Positions 48,783 through 56,957 of a DNA stretch of 64,000 nt are shown piece after piece; positions within the stretch are counted from its first letter, which is position 1; every line of letters starts with the position of its first letter. Both the position numbers and the translations under genes were made by a program. Origin of the DNA: Thermodesulfobacteriota bacterium. GTDB lineage: Bacteria; Desulfobacterota; Binatia; Bin18. The DNA is taken from the NCBI GenBank assembly GCA_964291405.2, contig OZ219926.1:3648001-3712000 (forward strand). The letters run 5' to 3'. The notes under the pieces were generated by a model that saw only the letters and a list, made by a program, of their open reading frames with translations, did no database searches and had not been told where the DNA came from.

Positions 48783-50017
48783 TCGATATTGCGGACTTCC
48801 GGCAGCGGATGATCGAGGCGCGCGCGTACACGCAGTCGCTGTTCGCGGCGATCGAGCCGGAAGACTTCTGTCGACAAGTGCACGCCGAGTTCAGTCCGGT
48901 CGGCTGGCACCTTGGCCATATTGGGGTGACCGAGGGATTCTGGATTCTGCAACAGTGTCAGCACGCGGCATCGCTGTCGCCTGAGTACGATATGGTTTTC
49001 TCTCCGCTTGACAATCCGAAAGAGAATCGGGTCAATCTCCCCACAGCGCCTGAGATTTTTGCCTATCTGGATGAAGTTCGTGCGCGCGTGTTTGCCTTTC
49101 TGGAGCGGGGCGACTGGTCGGACACCCATCCCCTGCTGGGCGAAGGCCGCCTCCTGAACATGCTCTTCCAACACGAAGAACAACACACCGAGACCATCCT
49201 CCTGATTCTCAATCTGCTTGCAGCCCGGCGATTCGATGTAGGAGATGGGGGCTCGTTCTCTGCCTCCGCCGCGTCGCGCCGGAGCCCTCCTCAGCGTTCC
49301 GACCCAACGACCATGGTCCGGATTCCCACCGGAGCCTACAGCATGGGCAGCGATGACAGCGCGCGTACGCTGGACAATGAACGGCCTGCTCAGCAGGTCT
49401 GGCTTGAGGAATTCTGGATTGATCCCACACCAATCACAAACGCCGATTTCCTGGAGTTCATGGATGCTGGCGGATATCGGAACCCTGCCTGGTGGAGTCA
49501 GCAGGGATGGCGCTGGTGCGAGGAGCATCGTATTGCCCACCCCTTGTACTGGCGTCCTGGGAGTACTCAGGGGCACTGGCTGGAGATTGACCCGTTCGGG
49601 GTAGCGCCGTTGGATCCGGCCCAACCGGTGCGGTGCGTGAGTTGGTACGAGGCCGAGGCCTACGCCCGCTCGGTCGGGAAACGGCTGCCGACCGAGGCCG
49701 AATGGGAAAAGGCGGCTTGGTGGGAGGCTGAACAACAGACCGCGGCAGCACAATCAGACCCTCCGGAGTCCGGTCTCGGGCTGCTCGGCGGTGTCTGGGA
49801 GTGGACCCACACTTGGTTCCACCCTTATCCGGGTTTTCAGGCTTTTCCGTACGACGGCTATTCCGTTCCGTATTTTGATCAACACCACCGAGTCTTACGC
49901 GGTGGGTCGTGGGCAACGCGACGACATGTCCTTCGGCCAACGTTTCGGAACTGGTATCATCCCGGAATGCGGGCCGTCTTTGCCGGCTTGCGGTGTGCAA
50001 AGGACGCCGCGCCCTAG
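48779..50017 (+). CDS. egtB: Sulfoxide synthase EgtB (DinB + FGE-sulfatase domains)
   Basis: FSPVGWHLGH, QHEEQHTET iron ligands, DNERP, RLPTEAEWEKAA, GYS, LRGGSW, RNWY. Confidence 0.85.
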   Translation: MIDIADFRQRMIEARAYTQSLFAAIEPEDFCRQVHAEFSPVGWHLGHIGVTEGFWILQQCQHAASLSPEYDMVFSPLDNPKENRVNLPTAPEIFAYLDEVRARVFAFLERGDWSDTHPLLGEGRLLNMLFQHEEQHTETILLILNLLAARRFDVGDGGSFSASAASRRSPPQRSDPTTMVRIPTGAYSMGSDDSARTLDNERPAQQVWLEEFWIDPTPITNADFLEFMDAGGYRNPAWWSQQGWRWCEEHRIAHPLYWRPGSTQGHWLEIDPFGVAPLDPAQPVRCVSWYEAEAYARSVGKRLPTEAEWEKAAWWEAEQQTAAAQSDPPESGLGLLGGVWEWTHTWFHPYPGFQAFPYDGYSVPYFDQHHRVLRGGSWATRRHVLRPTFRNWYHPGMRAVFAGLRCAKDAAP

Positions 50018-50063
50018 CGCGGCGAGAGGCGGTGGATTGACCGAGTAAGGTAGGTTGTTTTGT

Positions 50064-51050
50064 ATGTCAACACGATTTCGAGAGACTGACCGTTTGCAAA
50101 TTTCTACGGTAGGCAAGGTACGTTCGCAATTGCGGACCGACGTTGCCTTTGGCTTGCAGCAAGACCAGAAAACCTTGCCGCCCAAGTATTTTTATGATGC
50201 CTACGGATCGCAACTGTTTGAGGATATCTGTCAGCAGCCGGAATACTACCTCACCCGGACCGAAGCGCAGATTCTACGGACGCACGCCGCGGATATCGTG
50301 CGACAGACGGCCGGCGCCTCACTGGTCGAGTTGGGAAGCGGCAGTTCGGTGAAAACCCGCCTTCTGTTCGATGAATATCAACGCCGGGATCACCTCCTGC
50401 ACTATGTGCCGATCGATATCAGCGCGTCGATGCTCGAAGAGACCGCGCACGGCCTGCTGGCTGACTACCCCACCATGTCGATTGAGGCCCTGGCGACCGA
50501 CTATCTGGCCGGACTCACCGCCCTGCCCAATACCCGGCCCCGTCTCGTCCTCTTTTTGGGCAGCAATCTGGGTAATTTCAGTCCGACGGAGCAGGCCGAA
50601 CTGTTTCAGCACCTGGCGGCCTACCTCCATCCCGGCGACCAGTTCTTATTGGGGCTCGACCTGCGGAAGTCTGTTGAGATTATAGAAGCCGCATATAATG
50701 ACGTGGCTGGAGTCACGGCCGACTTCAATCTCAATATCCTGCGTCATATCAACCGAGAGCTCCAGGCGGATTTTAATCTCGCGCAGTTCTCTCATCTGGC
50801 CTTTTATAATCGGGAACTGCATCAAATCGAAATGCACCTGAAGAGCGAGGTCGCCCAGGAAGTGACTATCACTGCCCTAGACCTGACCGTCTCGTTTCGA
50901 GTGGGTGAGACCATCCACACGGAGATATCCAGAAAATTCGATGTGCAAGAAGTCAAAGAACAATTGACTGGTCACGGCTTTCAATTCCAATCCCAATGGA
51001 CTGACCCCGACAACCTCTTTCTCCTGAGTCTCTTTCGCTATACGGGCTAA
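50064..51050 (+). CDS. egtD: Histidine N-alpha-trimethyltransferase EgtD
   Basis: LPPKYFYD..GSQLFE..PEYYLTRTE, ELGSG..KT, AYND..GVTA.FNLN, IHTEISRKF. Confidence 0.92.
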   Translation: MSTRFRETDRLQISTVGKVRSQLRTDVAFGLQQDQKTLPPKYFYDAYGSQLFEDICQQPEYYLTRTEAQILRTHAADIVRQTAGASLVELGSGSSVKTRLLFDEYQRRDHLLHYVPIDISASMLEETAHGLLADYPTMSIEALATDYLAGLTALPNTRPRLVLFLGSNLGNFSPTEQAELFQHLAAYLHPGDQFLLGLDLRKSVEIIEAAYNDVAGVTADFNLNILRHINRELQADFNLAQFSHLAFYNRELHQIEMHLKSEVAQEVTITALDLTVSFRVGETIHTEISRKFDVQEVKEQLTGHGFQFQSQWTDPDNLFLLSLFRYTG

Positions 51051-51065
51051 GCGGACGGCACGCGC

Positions 51066-52055
51066 ATGCCGCATGCAGGCAACCGGAGAGAGCTGCTCCT
51101 CATTGCAACCGGCGGGACAATCAGCCAGGGCCGCGCCGAGCCGGGCGGGAAGAGTCGTCCCGTGTTGTCGGCCGCCGATTTATTGGCCCGGACTACAATC
51201 GAGACCGGACATCTGCACTGCCTGGACCTGCCGTATCCTGACGGCGTGATCTCCTCGGGTGCCGAGGTGCTCACACTTGCGCGGACGATTGAGCGGGCGG
51301 CCAAGGAGGGCATGGACGGTATCGTGGTGACGCATGGAACCGATGCCCTGGAAGAGGTGGCGTACGGGATCGATGAAGTGCTCTCCGGGACCGTGCCTAT
51401 TGTCTTTACCGGAGCGATGCGGCCGAGTTGGGCCGCCGACTATGACGGAGTACAAAACCTGGAGAACGCCGTGCGGGTCGCCTCGTGCTTGTTGCCTGAA
51501 TACGGAACGGTGGTCACGCTGCACGGTGACATCTTTGAGGCCTGGAGTGTGTATAAAAGTGATACCGTCGCCCTGGACGCCTTTACGGCTCGTCGCGGAG
51601 CTCCGTCCGGACGCGTCAACGGGCAGCGGGTTGAACTCGGCTGGCAGCCCACGCGCTGGAATCGTCTGGGGTGTCTGCCCCAAGTCATGTCCTACTCAAT
51701 TCCCATCCTCACGCTCGGGGTTGGCGATGACGCTGCCCTTCTCAGGTTGGTAGGCGAACGGGCCGAGCGATCCATAGACGGCCTGGTGGTCGCGAGCATG
51801 GGGGCCGGGAGTATCCCACCAGCAGCACTCGGACAGTTCCGCCGTCTCGCAGATATGGGGCTGCCCGTGGTGTGCTGCTCCGGCGCTCAAAGCGGACCCA
51901 CTGCGGCACCGCAGTATTACCCCGGTATGTATACTGAACTGGTTGAGGCCGGCCTGATTATCGAGAACTTTCTCTCCCCGCGCAAAGCCCGCATACGCCT
52001 GATGCTGAGTCTCGGGCTGAATGTGCCGTATCGTCCGTTTGAGAGTGAGGCGTGA
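51066..52055 (+). CDS. Asparaginase/glutaminase family protein
   Basis: ATGGTI, THGTD.LEE, FTGAMRP, KARIRLML. Confidence 0.82.
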   Translation: MPHAGNRRELLLIATGGTISQGRAEPGGKSRPVLSAADLLARTTIETGHLHCLDLPYPDGVISSGAEVLTLARTIERAAKEGMDGIVVTHGTDALEEVAYGIDEVLSGTVPIVFTGAMRPSWAADYDGVQNLENAVRVASCLLPEYGTVVTLHGDIFEAWSVYKSDTVALDAFTARRGAPSGRVNGQRVELGWQPTRWNRLGCLPQVMSYSIPILTLGVGDDAALLRLVGERAERSIDGLVVASMGAGSIPPAALGQFRRLADMGLPVVCCSGAQSGPTAAPQYYPGMYTELVEAGLIIENFLSPRKARIRLMLSLGLNVPYRPFESEA

Positions 52056-52061
52056 CTCCCG

Positions 52062-53108
52062 CTACGACACTCTGGGCAAGACCTCTTTTCCGAACCGATC
52101 CAGCGAGCCCATGATTTTGTCGTGGGCCAACCCGCCGAAATTTGCCAGCAGACTCACGTTGGTGATGCCCATGGCCTGGATTTCCTTGATGCGCTCGACG
52201 CACTGGTCCGGATCACCAAATATGACTTTATGCGGGTACAGATAGCCCTCATAGTCAAAAGTCTTGAAGGCGTCCTTGAGGCCCTGGTACGGCCGATACT
52301 GATCGGAGTAGGCGGCTTCCTGGTTGGAGGCGGCCACTGCGTTTATATAGCGCATCATGGCCTCGCGGGGCTCTTCCTTCGCCTTTTCCGCGGTCTCGCC
52401 GCAATAAAAATGGTACACCCCGAGGATTTCCGGAGCGTCCGCGTAGCCATGTGCCTGCCGGGTCTGGGTGAAGAGTTGGAGGCGGCCCACCAGGACTTCC
52501 GGATTGGGTTGGGCATAGGGGACGACCATTAAATGATAGCCCATCTTGCCGGCCCATTCGAACGATTCCGGCGTAAAAATACAGGCAACATAGACGGGTG
52601 GTGGTTTCTGAACGGGTTGCGGAATGACCTGGAGATTGCGAACCTTGCGGAATTTGCCGTCGTGAGAGACCCGTCTTTCCGCCCAGGCTTGCATGATGAT
52701 GGCGTGCGCTTCTTCAAACAGCGCCCGACTGTCACCCATATTGCGCTCAAAGGCGTCGTACTCGCCCTTTTGAAATCCCCGTCCAATCCCGAACTCCAAT
52801 CGCCCGCCCGATAAGCAGTCGAGCATGGCATACTCCTCTGCCAGCCGAATCGGGTCCTGGAGCGGCAGGAGGGCAATCCCGGAGCCAATGCGGATGTTCT
52901 TCGTACGTTGGGCAACCGCAGCCCCAATCACCGGAACGGAGGGCAGATGGCCGCCGTAATTATAAAAATGGTGTTCCGCAAACCAGACGGAGTGAAAGCC
53001 GAGAGCCTCAGCCTGGTCGGTCTCCGTGAGCATGTCCAGGTAGAATTGCTCATCGCTGGTATGAAATTCCGGGAAAAAGCTGGGTAAATGAAAGAGTGAG
53101 ATTCGCAT
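52062..53108 (-). CDS. LLM-class flavin-dependent oxidoreductase
   Basis: WFAEHH, RIGSG, PIRLAEE..LD.LSGGRLEFGIGRG; AGGAGG RBS. Confidence 0.9.
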   Translation of the reverse strand: MRISLFHLPSFFPEFHTSDEQFYLDMLTETDQAEALGFHSVWFAEHHFYNYGGHLPSVPVIGAAVAQRTKNIRIGSGIALLPLQDPIRLAEEYAMLDCLSGGRLEFGIGRGFQKGEYDAFERNMGDSRALFEEAHAIIMQAWAERRVSHDGKFRKVRNLQVIPQPVQKPPPVYVACIFTPESFEWAGKMGYHLMVVPYAQPNPEVLVGRLQLFTQTRQAHGYADAPEILGVYHFYCGETAEKAKEEPREAMMRYINAVAASNQEAAYSDQYRPYQGLKDAFKTFDYEGYLYPHKVIFGDPDQCVERIKEIQAMGITNVSLLANFGGLAHDKIMGSLDRFGKEVLPRVS

Positions 53109-53781
53109 ACCGCCTCCTATGGTTCCTCTGTGCGACATGAAGTCGCTTAGAAAGATGGTTCAGATTATTTCTGTGTGAAAGAAAGGACACACAGACAGAG
53201 CCCTGTGAGTGTACACACAGGCATCATATCCCACATGCGTGCTGAGTAATTAGCAGGTGTGAAGCTGGGATAAAAGCCTAATGGGAAGGTAAATCATATA
53301 CCAACCCTGGGCCAGATGCAGACTGGTACGGTGAACGAAAGTGAACCCTTATTTGAAGCGTCGTGACGTAGGACTTCCGAAAGATGATTGATACGGAAGA
53401 ATGAGGCAAATGAACCCCTGCTGTTGATATAGGGGTGAGAGGTCGTAGTAGAGGATTATGGCCCGCGTACACCACAGCCTCCGGCGTAAAGAGGGCACCT
53501 ACCCCAGTCGTCTAACTTTCTATGCGGAACATGGTAAACCCGATGGGGTCTCAGACGAGCATGAGTAAGCCGACCGTAAGGAAGGCCGAATCCCTCAGCG
53601 GGAATGAGAGGTCTCAAGAAGCGAATGCCAGCAGCCGAAAGGTAACGGGAAAAGACCATCACACCCCAAGTGCACCACCCATTACTGCCACAATATGTGG
53701 AAAGCGGGAGGGCACATCATTGAATGGGGTGATCCGGGAAAAAAAAGGTTTTGAGTCCAAGAAAAGGGGTTCAAGGCAGGA

Positions 53782-53970
53782 CTATCCCAGGGACGATAAC
53801 ACAACCTGAATGACAACGGCACAAGAGACTGCAATCTCAGCACCAGTTGTCATCCAAGAAGCTACACGGGAATTCCGTGACTTGAAAAACTTAGCACCTT
53901 GTTTGCACACTGCCTCAGCAGCTTTGCAAAAACGATGGGCGCTTCGTAAAAACTTCTTGAACTTCTTCAT
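53782..53970 (-). CDS. Small basic amphipathic peptide with hydrophobic C-terminus, antisense within the intron
   Basis: 62 aa MKKFKKFLR..IAVSCAVVIQVVLSSLG; GGAGA RBS. Confidence 0.5.
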   Translation of the reverse strand: MKKFKKFLRSAHRFCKAAEAVCKQGAKFFKSRNSRVASWMTTGAEIAVSCAVVIQVVLSSLG

Positions 53971-54160
53971 AACATTCTCCATTTGGTTATGAGGTGAACA
54001 ACACAGGGCGTGAAGTCATCCGGGATAAGAAATCCCAAAGCCTCCTTTCTGTCTCCCTTGTCGCGATCAAGAGAAGACGGGATAAAGACCAAAACTTCCC
54101 AATGGCCTAATAACCGGCTGGATAAAGAGGGAAGGCATCCCCGCCGAAACGGGAAACAGT

Positions 54161-54346
54161 TTAACGTCGTGGACTAGATTCATAGGAACCTGGTAGCACG
54201 TAATTCATGGCATCCTCCGATGGAGGGTAGCTGCTCTGTAGATCATCATCCATAGATGAACTTCCCGGAGAGTCCTTCTCCGAAGCAGCGATAGCCAGAA
54301 GAACGACGGCACCAACACCAAGCCAAAACCAATCTTTGGCCCTCAT
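54161..54346 (-). CDS. Small N-anchored acidic/Ser-rich peptide, antisense within the intron
   Basis: 61 aa MRAKDWFWLGVGAVVLLAIAA..; GGAGG RBS 8 nt upstream. Confidence 0.55.
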   Translation of the reverse strand: MRAKDWFWLGVGAVVLLAIAASEKDSPGSSSMDDDLQSSYPPSEDAMNYVLPGSYESSPRR

Positions 54347-54633
54347 ACGAATAACCTCCAATTCTCAGTTGTGTGAAAAGTATGAGAAACAAGGAAATTA
54401 AGGGGATAGAATACTGGAAGGACTGGTAGTGACAGTCCCAAAAACCTCCTTTCTCCTGGTAAGGCAAGGAAGAAGTGACCAAAGCACAGGAAAGATTGGC
54501 TGGCCCACCCAGCCATGACACCAAAAGAATCAAAACCATGACGGAAAAACAACCTTCCAATCTCTCAGGGTGAAAACCCGCTGACGTGAGACTGGTAGTC
54601 TGTCCAAAAATCTTTGAAGAAAGGACGCACATC

Positions 54634-56310
54634 ATGGCTGACGTGATGATCCAGGCAACTGGAAACGAGGTCGTGACGCGACAATGGCAAGACATCGATT
54701 GGTGTCACAACGCCAAAATCGTGCGCGACCTTCGACACCGTATTTTTCGGGCTTCGCGGCTAGGGGACCGGAGGAAACTTCGGAACCTGCAACGCCTCAT
54801 GCTGAAATGCCGAGCCAATCATGAGATGAGTATCAGACAGGTTACGCAAGTAAGCACAGGGCGCAATACGCCAGGTATTGACAAGGTGATAGTCAAAACG
54901 CCGGCAGCGCGAACCGAGCTAATGGAAGCAATCGCAACCTACAAGCCGGAAAGAGCGCAGCCGGTCAAACGGGTCTTTATTCCCAAACGCAACGGTAAAC
55001 AGCGACCCCTCGGTATCCCGACCATCATGGATAGGGTGATGCAGGCAATTGTCAAGAACGCCTTAGAACCCGAATGGGAAGCCAGGTTTGAATCAAGCGT
55101 CTACGGCTTTCGCCCAGGGCGCAGTTGCCATGATGCCATTCAACGCATCTATGCAAATGTCAAACCGAACTTGAAGAAACATTGGGTCGTTGACGCCGAT
55201 ATCGTTGGAGCCTTCGACAACATCCCCCACGAAACCGTGCTGAACGCAATCCAGGGATTCCCAGGAAAAGCACTCATTCACGCATGGTTACAATCCGGCA
55301 TCCTGGAAGGCACAACACAGAAGCCAACACTCCTGGGAACTCCCCAAGGCGGTGTAATCTCGCCATTACTGCTCAACATTGTCCTGCATGGACTCGAACA
55401 GGCTCTTGATATCCGATACCAGAAAAGTGGAAACCGATACCGGAACATCAGCAACCGAACCCTGGTTAGATATGCAGACGATTTTGTCATCCTCACGGAG
55501 ACAAAAGAAGACGCCGACGCAGCGCAAAAACGAGCAGCAGAATGGCTACAAGAGCGCGGGCTGGAACTCTCACCAGAGAAGACCAGTATCCGACACCTGA
55601 CAGAAGGATTCGACTTTCTCGGATTCCATGTCAGACACTATCCTGACACAAACGTGAAAACAGGATGGAAGCTCTTAATAAAACCCAGCAAGGAAACGGT
55701 CAAAGCTTTCCGATACCGACTCAAACAAGAATGGACGGCTTTAGTCGGACATAACGCAGAGTCAGTCGTAAGAAGGCTGAACCCAATTCTGAGAGGATGG
55801 GGGTATTACTTCCATACGCAAGTATCAAAGGCCATCTTTCAGGACATCGACAACTGGATGTTTCAGAGGGTGTACCGATGGTGTAAGCGGACCCATCCAC
55901 AGAAAAGCTGGGAGTGGATCAAAAACACCTACTTCGGAAAGGCAAAAACCAACAGTCAGGCAAAATGGTACTTCGGAGGAACAGAAGGGCGTCTGCTGAA
56001 ACTCTCAGAGATTCCCATCCAACGACATATCCTAGTCTGGCATACCGCATCACCGGATGATCCACGGCTTGCAACATATTGGGAAGAACGTCGAAAGAAG
56101 GCTTGGAAGAACCTCCCTTCACCACGTCAACGGGATTTGGCCAGAAGGCAAAAGGGGCTCTGCTCGCACTGTCGAGTGAGTCTGTATACTGGTGAGGAAT
56201 TACACACCCACCACCATATCCCAAGGAAAAAGGGCGGAACTGACAAGCGCGAAAATCTGAGACTCGTACACCTCTATTGTCACCAGCAGATACATGGTAA
56301 ACGATGTTGA
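54634..56310 (+). CDS. ltrA: Group II intron reverse transcriptase/maturase with HNH endonuclease
   Basis: TPGID, RPLGIPT..DR, YGFRPGRS, GTPQGGVISPLL, RYADDF, FDFLGF, LNP.LRGW, CSHC..HH..GG..NL..H..CH. Confidence 0.95.
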   Translation: MADVMIQATGNEVVTRQWQDIDWCHNAKIVRDLRHRIFRASRLGDRRKLRNLQRLMLKCRANHEMSIRQVTQVSTGRNTPGIDKVIVKTPAARTELMEAIATYKPERAQPVKRVFIPKRNGKQRPLGIPTIMDRVMQAIVKNALEPEWEARFESSVYGFRPGRSCHDAIQRIYANVKPNLKKHWVVDADIVGAFDNIPHETVLNAIQGFPGKALIHAWLQSGILEGTTQKPTLLGTPQGGVISPLLLNIVLHGLEQALDIRYQKSGNRYRNISNRTLVRYADDFVILTETKEDADAAQKRAAEWLQERGLELSPEKTSIRHLTEGFDFLGFHVRHYPDTNVKTGWKLLIKPSKETVKAFRYRLKQEWTALVGHNAESVVRRLNPILRGWGYYFHTQVSKAIFQDIDNWMFQRVYRWCKRTHPQKSWEWIKNTYFGKAKTNSQAKWYFGGTEGRLLKLSEIPIQRHILVWHTASPDDPRLATYWEERRKKAWKNLPSPRQRDLARRQKGLCSHCRVSLYTGEELHTHHHIPRKKGGTDKRENLRLVHLYCHQQIHGKRC

Positions 56311-56957
56311 GAAAGGTGTTGAAAAGGGGCGCAAAAGGATAATCCAAAGAAAAGAATACAGGGTCCGGTGTGAGCCTTGGCCCACACCGGAGGTCCTGCA
56401 TCCTAGCTTGCCAGCTCTAGGATAATCCACACGGCTACCAAGAAACGGTAGTCAATACGGAGATGCATGGTAAAATCCATACAAACACCTATTTTTGTGG
56501 CTCAAAGGCCGAAGCTGAGTCAGCCGTAAAGGTAGGACGGTAGGATTGAAAATCCCTACCAACTGTGTAGGATTTACCAGCACACCGTCAGCGCTGATAA
56601 GCCACCAACTGTTTGCAGCAGTTGGTGGCGGCTTCAAAGCCCGTCCCTTGCGGACGGGCTTCCCTTATTTTCCAGCACAAACAACACAAGCCGTAAAGTA
56701 CGACAGACTGCTTGAGCCGTGTGCGGTGAAAGTCGCACGCACGGTTCTTAGGGGGGAAGGGCCTTGTGAGGGGCCTGACCTACCCGATTCATAGCCGACT
56801 TTCCCCCTGGAAAGAAGGCGGGAGAGGCGGAGTCTGCCTCTGGGGGTACGTTGAACTGGATGCGTGGGTTTGCTAGTTGGAGAGCTTATTTACTATTATA
56901 GAGAAAGCGCAGATAGACGGTCTGCATAAGAGTTGGTCGGTGTTATAGCAGGAGAGG

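Larger units (their letters stand above)
53130..56788 (+). mobile_element. Group II intron (IIB, CL-like), full length
   Basis: 5' GTGCGAC; EBS1 AGAGGA (53450-53455) in a hairpin loop complementary to IBS1 TCCTCT (53124-53129); domain V gagccgtgtgcggtgaaagtcgcacgcacggttc at 56714; domain VI ending cctacccgAT. Confidence 0.92.

Noticed and set aside
48779-50017. Selenoneine (senABC) or ovothiol cluster
   Set aside because: No selD or SenB glycosyltransferase nearby and no fused methyltransferase; egtC and egtD are present
52062-53108. LLM as luciferase partner of luxE-luxC
   Set aside because: About 18 kb away, single subunit, generic LLM
54634-56310. RT as retron, DGR or CRISPR-associated RT
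   Set aside because: It has maturase and HNH domains and flanking domains V/VI, so it is a group II intron protein; no TR/VR pair or cas genes are present
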